54,682 nucleotides of DNA, taken from contig CANQRP010000001.1 in NCBI GenBank assembly GCA_947626305.1, positions 1 to 54,682 of the forward strand, given 5' to 3'. Positions 9,131 through 17,313 of the stretch are shown in pieces (within the stretch, counting starts at the first letter, position 1; every line of letters starts with the position of its first letter). The notes below the pieces were generated by a model. It did no database searches. It was not told the DNA's origin and saw nothing but the letters and a program-made list of their open reading frames with translations. A program made the translations under genes and the position numbers. The stretch is from an uncultured Clostridia bacterium. GTDB taxonomy: Bacteria > Bacillota > Clostridia > Christensenellales > Borkfalkiaceae.

Positions 9131-10663
9131 TCAGTCTTTTCGTCGACAAACCACCGCCACCACCGCGAGCGTTGCCGTAAAGACCACCACACTCGCGCCG
9201 CCGATGACGCTACCGCAACCGCCTTTTTCGGCAGGTTTGGGATCGACGGGCTCGGGGTCAACGGGTTCGGGGTCAACGGGTTCGGGGTCAACGGGTTTTT
9301 CTTCGTCATCTTCGTATTCGATGATGATGCTGTCGAGGTAGGAAGCGCCCGATTTTTCCGACAGCTCATAGGTGAGCGCAAAATAGGTGTCGTCCCCATC
9401 CACCATCCATGTGACGCCGCCCTCCGTGACCGTCTTGGTCCCATGGTCGGTCCCGTTCGTGGGTTTCCCCGTCACCTGCCCATATGGGCTATCCGAAGTG
9501 AGGAGTTTCCAAGGTCTGTCCGCGGTCCCCGCGAACGATCTCACCGTAACCGACTTGATGGCTCTCTCCGTGGGGAGATCGCTCGCAAGGTAATAAGAGC
9601 TCTTGTTCTTGTTGAATTGCATCCCCTGATTTGCGAGATATTGTTCGCTTCCGCCGAAGAGGAACGCGACACCTCCGATGCCGTCCGCCGACCATGTTTT
9701 GAAGCCGTAGCCTGCGGTGAGATCGAAACTCGAAAGTGTGATCGTGATCGTCTTCCCCGTCGGTTCTGTGGGTTCGGGGTCCACGGGTTCGGGGTCGGTT
9801 GCGGAAAGATTTTCCCAGATTTGATTTACATATTCGGGATGATCGACAAAGGGATTGCGATTGCCTTGAATTTCATAAGCGGCGTCGTTGCGCGCAAGTT
9901 CCAGCGCGTCCACGGGGTCCGCTCCATTCCATTTGAGAAGCAGGTCAATGGCTTCGCTCTCGCTCTTTGCGGATATTACGTTCGAAAAATTCAGCTTGCC
10001 GAAATAACTGCTCTTGCCGCTTCCGTTCGTAGAGCCGTGTACATTGGAATAAGAATTGTAATGGGTGTAAACATACAGGACTATGCGCGCTACATCGCCT
10101 TTGACCGAGTCGATCGGCTCAAACACTCTCCCCGCCGAGTAGCCCGCGATGGCGATATTTTGATTGCTTGTATCACGGTACCAAACGGGCGTTTTGGAAG
10201 AGACTTCTCCGTACTTATCGTTGCCGCGCGCACTGTTTACCCTCGTTTCCGTGGGGCGGATATGCAACAGGTCGCTTCCGCCGCCGCCCTGCCCCCATAG
10301 ACCGTTGGAAAGACTTTGGCACCAGACATGCTCGCGGTTCCAGGTCCCGCTTGCACCGCTTTGCCATTCGGCGGACAGCTCCGCCTGCGCATAAAACTCC
10401 GTCAACTGACCGTTGGGACCGGGATCCGTCCGCTTCACATAGTCGGGATTTTTACAGTCCTCATATGTAGTATATTTCGTATGCGTGGTCGTGATGAGGT
10501 CGTGGAGCTGACCCAAGAGTTCCTCCCCGCCCGTTGCGGTGATGGGAGCGTAGTAGTCTTCCGCAAACGCGGAAAGACCGACCGCTCTTCCCGCCGAGAG
10601 GACGCCGCAGAGCATCAGCCCCGCAAGGGAAAGAGAGAGAAGTTTTCCGAAGTTCCGTTCCAT
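9131..10663 (-). CDS. endonuclease I family extracellular nuclease with (PVDPE)n linkers and C-terminal TM anchor
   Basis: Endonuclease-I-like blocks REHVWCQS...DLLHIRPTE..NSARGN...GDVARIVLYVY...NPFVDHPE. Start chosen at MERNFGKLLSLSLAGLMLCGVL (signal peptide); the ORF is open to 10792. Hydrophobic C-terminus ...VVVFTATLAVVAVVCRRKD. Confidence 0.85.
   Translation of the reverse strand: MERNFGKLLSLSLAGLMLCGVLSAGRAVGLSAFAEDYYAPITATGGEELLGQLHDLITTTHTKYTTYEDCKNPDYVKRTDPGPNGQLTEFYAQAELSAEWQSGASGTWNREHVWCQSLSNGLWGQGGGGSDLLHIRPTETRVNSARGNDKYGEVSSKTPVWYRDTSNQNIAIAGYSAGRVFEPIDSVKGDVARIVLYVYTHYNSYSNVHGSTNGSGKSSYFGKLNFSNVISAKSESEAIDLLLKWNGADPVDALELARNDAAYEIQGNRNPFVDHPEYVNQIWENLSATDPEPVDPEPTEPTGKTITITLSSFDLTAGYGFKTWSADGIGGVAFLFGGSEQYLANQGMQFNKNKSSYYLASDLPTERAIKSVTVRSFAGTADRPWKLLTSDSPYGQVTGKPTNGTDHGTKTVTEGGVTWMVDGDDTYFALTYELSEKSGASYLDSIIIEYEDDEEKPVDPEPVDPEPVDPEPVDPKPAEKGGCGSVIGGASVVVFTATLAVVAVVCRRKD
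9237..9296. repeat. four tandem 15-bp units encoding the (PVDPE)n linker of the endonuclease
   Basis: tcggggtcaacgggt x3, preceded by the diverged unit ttgggatcgacgggc. Confidence 0.8.
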
Positions 10664-10679
10664 GATTTCTCCTTGGTGA

Positions 10680-11258
10680 TCATTTTTGCGCCGCAAGCTG
10701 TTTGAGCCAGCACCGCCGGCACATCGCAACATATCTGTCGTTCCCGCCGAGGAGAACTTGCGAGCCCTCCGTAACGATCTTTCCGCCGTCATCGAGACGG
10801 GCGTTCACCGTCGCTTTTGCCCCGCAGGTGCACACCGACTTAATCTCGCTGATCGATTCCGCGATCTCGAACAGCCGCTTGCTCCCCGGGAAGAGGTGAG
10901 TGGTAAAGTCGGTGGCGAGCCCGAAGCAGAGCACGGGGACATCCCGTTCGATCACGATGTCCGCCAGTTCGTCCACCTGCTCGGGAGTGAGAAACTGACA
11001 CTCGTCCACGATGATCACGTTGCAGTCCGAATAGCGTTCGAGATAGAGCGCGCGAAGGTCTTCCTTCTCCCCCACCGCGACCGCTTCCTTTTCCAGTCCG
11101 ATGCGCGATCGGACGACGGTATCGCCGTCCCGCGTGTCGACCGCGGGCTTCAAGAGAAGGACCTTCATGTTCCGCTCTTCGTAGTTGAATTTTGTGATGA
11201 GCGCCTGCGCCGTCTTGGAGCAGCCCATTGCGCCGAATTTGAAATATAATTTTGCCAT
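10680..11258 (-). CDS. tdk: thymidine kinase
   Basis: MAKLYFKFGAMGCSKT P-loop and C-terminal zinc-ribbon CxxC...CRRC. Start trimmed from the ORF-track 11360 to the conserved N-terminus. Confidence 0.95.
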   Translation of the reverse strand: MAKLYFKFGAMGCSKTAQALITKFNYEERNMKVLLLKPAVDTRDGDTVVRSRIGLEKEAVAVGEKEDLRALYLERYSDCNVIIVDECQFLTPEQVDELADIVIERDVPVLCFGLATDFTTHLFPGSKRLFEIAESISEIKSVCTCGAKATVNARLDDGGKIVTEGSQVLLGGNDRYVAMCRRCWLKQLAAQK

Positions 11259-11268
11259 AGCCGATTTG

Positions 11269-12570
11269 TTATTGTACGGTCTCGTAAACCAACGGTCCCC
11301 GCACGGGCGGTTCGCTGCCGATCTCCGTTGCGGCGGTGAGAATTTGCGAAGCGGAAGCAAACGCCTCGTCTCTGTTCGTAAAGAGCGTTGCGATCTCTTC
11401 CCCCTTTTCCACGCGGTCCCCCGTCTTCTTTTTCAGCAAAATACCGGCGGCGAAATCGATCGTGTCCTCCGCCGTGTTGCGTCCCGCACCGAGGGCAAGG
11501 CTCGCAAGCCCGTACGCCTCGGCGTCCGTCCGCACGATATACCCGCTCTTTTCACTCTTCACTGCGCGGGAATACTTTGCCTCGGCAAACTTTGCGCCGC
11601 CCTCGATGAGCGCCGCGTTGCCGCCCTGTGCCTCGACCGCTTGTGCGAGCTTGCCGAGCGCGCTGCCGTCCGCGATCGACCGTGCGGCGAGCCGTTCGCA
11701 TTCCTCGGGCGTTCCCTTGCCCGCAAGGGAGAGCATGTGCCCCGCGAGGGTCAGACAGACCTCGGTAAGGTCCTCCGGTCCCCTGCCTTTGAGCGTTTCC
11801 ACCGCCTCGATCACTTCGAGCGAATTGCCGATGGCGTTCCCCAACGGACGGTCCATATTCGTGATGAGCGCGACCATTTTTTTGCCCGCATTTTTGCCGA
11901 TGTCCACCATCAGCCGCGCGAGCTCTCTGCTCTCCTCTACCGTCTTCATAAAGGAACCGCTGCCCGTTTTCACATCGAGCACGATGCAATCATCGTCGGC
12001 TGCGAGCTTTTTGCCCATGATGCTCGCGGCGATGAGAGGCATGCTGTCCACCGTTGCCGTGACGTCGCGGAGGGCGTAGAGTTTTTTGTCCGCGGGCGCG
12101 AACTGCCGCGACTGTCCCACGATGGCGAGCCCGATCCGGTTCACCTGCGCGATGAATTCCTCTTCCGAAAGGGTGGTGCGGAATCCGTCGATCGCCTCGA
12201 GTTTATCCACGGTGCCGCCCGTATGTCCCAACCCTCTGCCGCTCATTTTGGCGACTTTCACGCCGAACGATGCGACGATGGGCGCAACGACGAGACTGGT
12301 CTTATCCCCCACGCCGCCCGTGGAATGCTTGTCCACGCGGATACCGTCGATCGCCGAAAAGTCGAGCTTCTCGCCCGAATCGCGCACGGCGAACGTGAGG
12401 TCGCAGGTCTCCCGCACCGTCATGCCGCGGTAGTAGATCGCCATGAGAAGCGCGGTGATCTGATAGTCGGGAATGCTGCCGTCGGTCACTCCGCGGATGA
12501 AAAAGTCGATCTCCCCCGTCGAGAGCTCCCCGCCGTCCCGTTTCTTTTTGATGATGTCGTACATCCGCAT
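11269..12570 (-). CDS. pdp: pyrimidine-nucleoside (thymidine) phosphorylase
   Basis: 433 aa. N-terminus MRMYDIIKKKRDGGELS..EI.FFI.G...G.IPDYQ..ALLMAI, HSTGGVGDK motif. Confidence 0.95.
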   Translation of the reverse strand: MRMYDIIKKKRDGGELSTGEIDFFIRGVTDGSIPDYQITALLMAIYYRGMTVRETCDLTFAVRDSGEKLDFSAIDGIRVDKHSTGGVGDKTSLVVAPIVASFGVKVAKMSGRGLGHTGGTVDKLEAIDGFRTTLSEEEFIAQVNRIGLAIVGQSRQFAPADKKLYALRDVTATVDSMPLIAASIMGKKLAADDDCIVLDVKTGSGSFMKTVEESRELARLMVDIGKNAGKKMVALITNMDRPLGNAIGNSLEVIEAVETLKGRGPEDLTEVCLTLAGHMLSLAGKGTPEECERLAARSIADGSALGKLAQAVEAQGGNAALIEGGAKFAEAKYSRAVKSEKSGYIVRTDAEAYGLASLALGAGRNTAEDTIDFAAGILLKKKTGDRVEKGEEIATLFTNRDEAFASASQILTAATEIGSEPPVRGPLVYETVQ

Positions 12571-12597
12571 ATGCGTTTTTCTCCTCTTTGAATGAGA

Positions 12598-14079
12598 TCA
12601 GTCTCCTCTTCTGCCGTCTGCGATGTATGCCGCCACGAGGTCGCGCGCATAGATGTTTTCGGTAAGCCGCGCAACTTCCGTGATGCGGTTGGGCGCATAG
12701 GTGGAAGTATAGCTGTCTACGATGAGATAATAGGTCTTGTTATCATCTACATCGCTTGCATAGAGACCGCTTGTATAGGTGTGATAGTTATTTTTTGCGG
12801 ACAGGAAATTGCTCTTTAAGTCTTTCCCCTTGATGCTTCCCAAGACGATGGCGTTGTCGAAAGGAAGCAGAGAGAAGAGGTCGGCATAGGTGACGTTCCC
12901 CCTTGCGAGGTCGTACGGGCTGCGCGTTTTGAGATAGCCGCCGCCGAGCGCGATCTCGTACTCGTCGCCCCACACTTCCATGCCTTTCTTATAGTAAAGT
13001 TCGGCAACCTTATCGGCAATGTCGGAGGAACCCCACTTAGAGGAGTTCTTCCCGAGCACCGTCGTATAGGGGTCCTCATCGGGGAAATATTTTTCGAACA
13101 CCTCCTGTATAAAGGGATCGTCCTTGATACTGCTCTTGGCATATTCGCTACTTTTGACGAGCTTGGGAGAGACGGTGTATTTTCCCGTTTGGATGTCGAT
13201 GGTGACGTCGGCACGGCTGATCGCCTTATTCTCGCCGCCGCCCTGCAAATGATAGACGCCGTATTCGTCTTTGAGAATATACTGTTGGTGCGTATGACCC
13301 TCGAATACGAGGTCGATATAGCCGTCCGAGAGGGCGGTATCGTAATAGGGCATGTCGCTGTTCTTCACGTCGTTCACGCCAGAGGACGAGAAGTCGTCGC
13401 CGCCGTCGTGAATGGAATAAACGATGAAATCGCACCCCTCTTCCTCTCTCAGACGGGTGGACTCCTTTTTGACGAGCGCAGTGAGTTCCCCGCCCGTTGC
13501 GAAGTGGAGCCCCGTCCGGAATTCGCCCGAGATGGAGGAAAGGCAATCGCCGATCGCGCCGATGACGCCGATCTTGACGCCGCTCTTTTCCACAACCACG
13601 GAGGGCTTGCAATAGCCTGCGGATCCACCCTGATAGGACACATTGATGGCGAGAAAGGGAAACTCCGCAAGCTCACTATTGGGCGTGAGAACGTCCGACC
13701 CCCAATCGAATTCATGGTTGCCGAGGGTCATGGAGACAAAGCCGACCTCGTTCATCCACTCCGTCATGAGCTTCCCTTTGTTCGTAGAAGACTCCACCGT
13801 CCCCTGCCACATATCGCCCGAAGAGAGCAGGATCTCTTCGCGCGCATTGTCGGCATACAGATCCTTCAAATAGGTAGTGAATTCATCCACGCCGGGCTGA
13901 CCGTCCGTGTCCATGAACTTGCCGTGCAGATCGTTGACGGCAAAAAAGGAGAGCTCCGCCGCATTGCCCGACGAAGGGCCGGAAGGCGTGGGGTCCGAAG
14001 GAGCGCACCCGACGACTCCCGCGCCGACAAAGAGCAGGGCAAAGAAGGAAGCAAAAATTTCGGTAAGCCGTTTTTTCAT
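12598..14079 (-). CDS. 5'-nucleotidase / calcineurin-like metallophosphoesterase lipoprotein
   Basis: Lipobox LFVGAGVVGC. Metallophosphatase motifs NDLHG, SGDMWQGT, GNHEFD, GHTH. C-terminal 5'-nucleotidase-like domain. Confidence 0.85.
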   Translation of the reverse strand: MKKRLTEIFASFFALLFVGAGVVGCAPSDPTPSGPSSGNAAELSFFAVNDLHGKFMDTDGQPGVDEFTTYLKDLYADNAREEILLSSGDMWQGTVESSTNKGKLMTEWMNEVGFVSMTLGNHEFDWGSDVLTPNSELAEFPFLAINVSYQGGSAGYCKPSVVVEKSGVKIGVIGAIGDCLSSISGEFRTGLHFATGGELTALVKKESTRLREEEGCDFIVYSIHDGGDDFSSSGVNDVKNSDMPYYDTALSDGYIDLVFEGHTHQQYILKDEYGVYHLQGGGENKAISRADVTIDIQTGKYTVSPKLVKSSEYAKSSIKDDPFIQEVFEKYFPDEDPYTTVLGKNSSKWGSSDIADKVAELYYKKGMEVWGDEYEIALGGGYLKTRSPYDLARGNVTYADLFSLLPFDNAIVLGSIKGKDLKSNFLSAKNNYHTYTSGLYASDVDDNKTYYLIVDSYTSTYAPNRITEVARLTENIYARDLVAAYIADGRRGD

Positions 14080-14083
14080 AAGA

Positions 14084-14488
14084 TCAAAGGTCTTTTTCGG
14101 TGAAGGAAAACGGAAGCAATGCTTCCAGGGGATATGCCTCGAATTTTTCGGGAGACCCGAGCAGAATTTTGAAATCCTTCCGGCAGAATTCCGCCATGAC
14201 CTGACGGCACACGCCGCAGGGGGCGCAGAAATCGGAGGTCTCCCCCTCCTTTCCGCCCACGATGGCGATCGCCTCGAATTCGCGCTCGCCCTCGCTCACC
14301 GCCTTGAAGAATGCGGTCCGTTCCGCACAGACGGTGGCGGGAAACGCCGCGTTTTCGATGTTGCAGCCCGTATACACTTTTCCGCTCTTTGCAAGGAGCG
14401 CCGCCCCCACGCGAAAATGGGAATAGGGAGAATGCGAGTTCCCCCGCGCCCTTTGGGCGGCTTGCATGAGTTCTCTGTCGTCCGTCAT
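14084..14488 (-). CDS. cdd: cytidine deaminase
   Basis: CAERTA and PCGVCRQ zinc-binding motifs. ATG at 14488 overlaps the deoB stop (ATGA); an alternative ATG lies at 14506. Confidence 0.9.
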   Translation of the reverse strand: MTDDRELMQAAQRARGNSHSPYSHFRVGAALLAKSGKVYTGCNIENAAFPATVCAERTAFFKAVSEGEREFEAIAIVGGKEGETSDFCAPCGVCRQVMAEFCRKDFKILLGSPEKFEAYPLEALLPFSFTEKDL

Positions 14489-15648
14489 TTTTTTACCACA
14501 CTCCAATAACTTTCACCCTGCGTGCCCTCCTGCGGAACGCCGAAATATTCGAGCACCGTGGCGGAAATGTCCGCAAAACTCGAACGGGTCCCGAGGTCCA
14601 CGCCGCTCCTGACGCCCTTGCCGCAGATGAGCATGGGCGTGTATTCGCGCGAATGGTCGGTGGAGGGAGTCGCGGGGTCGCAACCGTGATCGGCTGTGAT
14701 GAGGAGAACGTCCTCCTCCCGCATGTTCTTCAAAAAGTTCCCCAAAAAGACGTCGAACTCGGTCGCCGCGGCGGCATAGCCCGCAACGTCGTTCCGATGC
14801 CCGTATTTCATGTCGAAATCGACGAGGTTGACAAAGCACAGCCCGTTGAAATCCCGCGCTTGCAATGCCTCCGTCACCTGCATCCCGTGGGTGTTGGAGG
14901 AGGTGCGATTGCTCTCCGAAACGCCGCTTCCCGCAAAGATGTCGTAAATTTTTCCGACCGAGATGGTGTCGTACCCCGCCTTTTGCAGAAGGTTGAGCAT
15001 GGTATCCGAAGGGGGAACGAGCGAATAGTCGTGACGGTTCGCCGTGCGCGCAAACGGGTATTCGCCGCTGAACGGACGGGCGATGACCCTGCCCACATTG
15101 TGCGGCGGTACGAGCATCTCCCGTGCGATCTCGCAATAATGGTAGAGTTCTTTCACGGACACGACGTCCTCGTGCGCGGCGATCTGGAACACGCTGTCCG
15201 CCGAGGTGTACACGATGAGCGCCCCCGTCTCCATGTGCTCTTTTCCGTAATCTTTGATGACTTCCGTGCCCGAATAGGGTTTGTTGCAGAGGACCTTTCT
15301 GCCCGTTCTTTTTTCGAACTCGGCAATGACCTCTTCCGGAAAACCGTTCGGATAGGTGGGAAGAGGCTCGGGCGAGACGACGCCCGCGATCTCCCAATGT
15401 CCGATGGTGGTATCCTTCCCCATCGACTTTTCCGTCATTCTCGCATAGCTTGCCTTGGGGGAAGGCACTCCCCCACCCACGCCCTGAATGTTGAAAAGAC
15501 CGAGCTCCCGCAGATTCGGGCAGCGGAAGGCGGGATGGTTGCGGATGGCGCCGAGGGTGTTGCTCCCTTCGTCATGCCACAGGCAAGCGTCGGGAAGTTC
15601 CCCCACGCCGAAACTGTCAAGCACGATCAGAAAAAATCTTTTGGACAT
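14485..15648 (-). CDS. deoB: phosphopentomutase
   Basis: 387 aa. MSKRFFLIVLDSFGVGELPDA..., TADHGCDP motif. Confidence 0.95.
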   Translation of the reverse strand: MSKRFFLIVLDSFGVGELPDACLWHDEGSNTLGAIRNHPAFRCPNLRELGLFNIQGVGGGVPSPKASYARMTEKSMGKDTTIGHWEIAGVVSPEPLPTYPNGFPEEVIAEFEKRTGRKVLCNKPYSGTEVIKDYGKEHMETGALIVYTSADSVFQIAAHEDVVSVKELYHYCEIAREMLVPPHNVGRVIARPFSGEYPFARTANRHDYSLVPPSDTMLNLLQKAGYDTISVGKIYDIFAGSGVSESNRTSSNTHGMQVTEALQARDFNGLCFVNLVDFDMKYGHRNDVAGYAAAATEFDVFLGNFLKNMREEDVLLITADHGCDPATPSTDHSREYTPMLICGKGVRSGVDLGTRSSFADISATVLEYFGVPQEGTQGESYWSVVKK

Positions 15649-15659
15649 AATTTCCTCCG

Positions 15660-16379
15660 TCAGGCGAGTTCAAGCGCAATCTTCATCATCGCGGTAAAGG
15701 TCTTTTCCCGTTCCTCCGCCGTTGTGTTCTCCTCGGGGTGTACGAAACTGTCGCTCACGGTGCAGATGCAGAGCGCCTTCTTTCCCGCGCGCGCCGCGTT
15801 GCAGTAGAGCGCCGCGCTCTCCATTTCGACGCCGAGCACCCCCATCTTCGCCCACTGCATGCCGCTGTTTGCGTCGTCGTAGAACATGTCGGAGGAAAAG
15901 ATGTTCCCCACTTTATAGCGCACACCCGCCTCTTCGCAGAGGTCGGCGGCGCGGCGCAAAAGTCCGAAATCGGCGATCGGGCAGAAGGTGCCGGGCAGGT
16001 TGTATTGCGCGGCATAATTGCCGTTGGTGCAGGCGCCCTGCGCGAGGATGAGGTCGCGCACATGCAGGTCTTCGTCGAACGACCCGCACGAGCCCACGCG
16101 GATGATGTTCTCCACGCCGTAGAAATTGAAAAGTTCATAGGAATAGATCCCGATGGCGGGCTGTCCCATGCCCGACGCCATGACGGACACTTTTTTGCCC
16201 CGATACGTTCCCGTATAGCCGTTGACCCCGCGCACATTGTTTACGAGAACGGGGTTTTCGAAGAAGTTCTCCGCGATGAATTTGGCACGGAGCGGATCGC
16301 CCGGCATCAATACGGTCTTTGCGAAGTCGCCGTACTTTGCGGCGATGTGGGGGGTGGGAATGTTGGGATGATCGCTCAT
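15660..16379 (-). CDS. deoD: purine nucleoside phosphorylase (DeoD type)
   Basis: 239 aa from [12 protein letters not shown]... [31 protein letters not shown] at 16379 overlaps the deoC stop. The ORF-track N-terminal extension to 17009 is rejected. Confidence 0.95.
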   Translation of the reverse strand: MSDHPNIPTPHIAAKYGDFAKTVLMPGDPLRAKFIAENFFENPVLVNNVRGVNGYTGTYRGKKVSVMASGMGQPAIGIYSYELFNFYGVENIIRVGSCGSFDEDLHVRDLILAQGACTNGNYAAQYNLPGTFCPIADFGLLRRAADLCEEAGVRYKVGNIFSSDMFYDDANSGMQWAKMGVLGVEMESAALYCNAARAGKKALCICTVSDSFVHPEENTTAEEREKTFTAMMKIALELA

Positions 16380-17035
16380 AACAGGTGTTCCTCCTTTACG
16401 ATCTTCACGATGCGGGAGGTGCCGAGCCGCTCCGCGCCGAGAGCGACGAAGTCCTCCGCGTCCTTGACGGAGGAAATTCCGCCCGCCGCCTTGATCTTCA
16501 CGTTCTTGCCGACGTATTTTTTGAAGAGCGCCACGTCTTCGCGGGTCGCGCCCGCTTTGGAAAAGCCCGTGGATGTCTTGATGAAATCGGCGCCCGCCTC
16601 GGTGACGATCTTGCACATTTCGATCTTCTCCTCTTCGGTGAGCAGGCAGGTCTCGATGATGACTTTGAGGATCTTTCCGCCGCACGCCTCTTTGATCGCC
16701 TTGATCTCGTGCAGAATTTTTTCGTAGCGCTTTCCCTTGAGGTCGCCGATGTTGATGACCATATCGATCTCGTCCGCCCCCGCCGCGACCGCGTCCCGCG
16801 TTTCGAACACTTTGACCGCCTCGCTGTTGTAGCCGTTGGGGAAGCCGATGACCGTGCAGACGGCGAGCCTGTCTCCCGCGTATATTTTCGCCTCGCCCAC
16901 ATAGCAGGGCGGGATGCACACCGAAGCGGTGTGATATTCGATCCCGTCGTCGATGAGCGAGCGGATGTCCTCCCAAGTCGCCGTGACGGCGAGCTGGGTG
17001 TGATCGCATTTTGCCAAGATCTCTCTGATGTCCAT
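16376..17035 (-). CDS. deoC: deoxyribose-phosphate aldolase
   Basis: [19 protein letters not shown] (Schiff-base Lys). The start at 17035 has a GAGGAAAG RBS and lies downstream of the promoter at 17064-17092. Confidence 0.95.
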   Translation of the reverse strand: MDIREILAKCDHTQLAVTATWEDIRSLIDDGIEYHTASVCIPPCYVGEAKIYAGDRLAVCTVIGFPNGYNSEAVKVFETRDAVAAGADEIDMVINIGDLKGKRYEKILHEIKAIKEACGGKILKVIIETCLLTEEEKIEMCKIVTEAGADFIKTSTGFSKAGATREDVALFKKYVGKNVKIKAAGGISSVKDAEDFVALGAERLGTSRIVKIVKEEHLL

Positions 17036-17063
17036 TTCTTTCCTCTTTTTTGATAGTGCTTTC

Positions 17064-17092
17064 ATTATAGCCGAAATTTTGCGCGTTGTCAA
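17064..17092 (-). promoter_or_regulatory. sigma-A-type promoter TTGACA-17-TATAAT for the deo operon
   Basis: Coding-strand read ccaTTGACAacgcgcaaaatttcggcTATAATgaa, ~30 nt upstream of the deoC ATG at 17035. Confidence 0.65.
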
Positions 17093-17228
17093 TGGAGAAA
17101 TCTTCTTTTTTTCTTTCGCCGCGAACAAAAAAATGAAAAAAATTTTCTCTTTGCCGCGCGCCGCGGGCGAAGTTGCCGATTTTCCGCCGCGGAGACGGCT
17201 CTTTTCTTTACTTTTTTATAAGGAAGAG

Positions 17229-17257
17229 TTGCATTTTCCCGCCGTATGTGGTAGAAT
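17229..17257 (+). promoter_or_regulatory. sigma-A-type promoter TTGCAT-17-TAGAAT (TGn extended -10) for the hybrid kinase/SBP pair
   Basis: TTGCATtttcccgccgtatgtggTAGAAT, 57 nt upstream of the ATG at 17314. Divergent from the deo promoter. Confidence 0.55.
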
Positions 17258-17313
17258 TACTGTGTGATTTTATCGAAATTACGCAAATTCCGCAAAAGGA
17301 GCCGCACAGCAGT

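Noticed and set aside
14489-14506. Upstream ATG (MECGKKM...) as the cdd start
   Set aside because: It would overlap deoB by 22 nt. The ATG at 14488 forms the same ATGA stop/start coupling used elsewhere in this operon. It is kept as an alternative, not excluded.
16380-17009. N-terminal 210-aa extension of the deoD ORF (ORF track 15660-17009)
   Set aside because: The extension overlaps deoC in another frame and is Arg/Gly-rich. The conserved DeoD N-terminus begins at [12 protein letters not shown] (ATG at 16379), in an ATGA overlap with the deoC stop.
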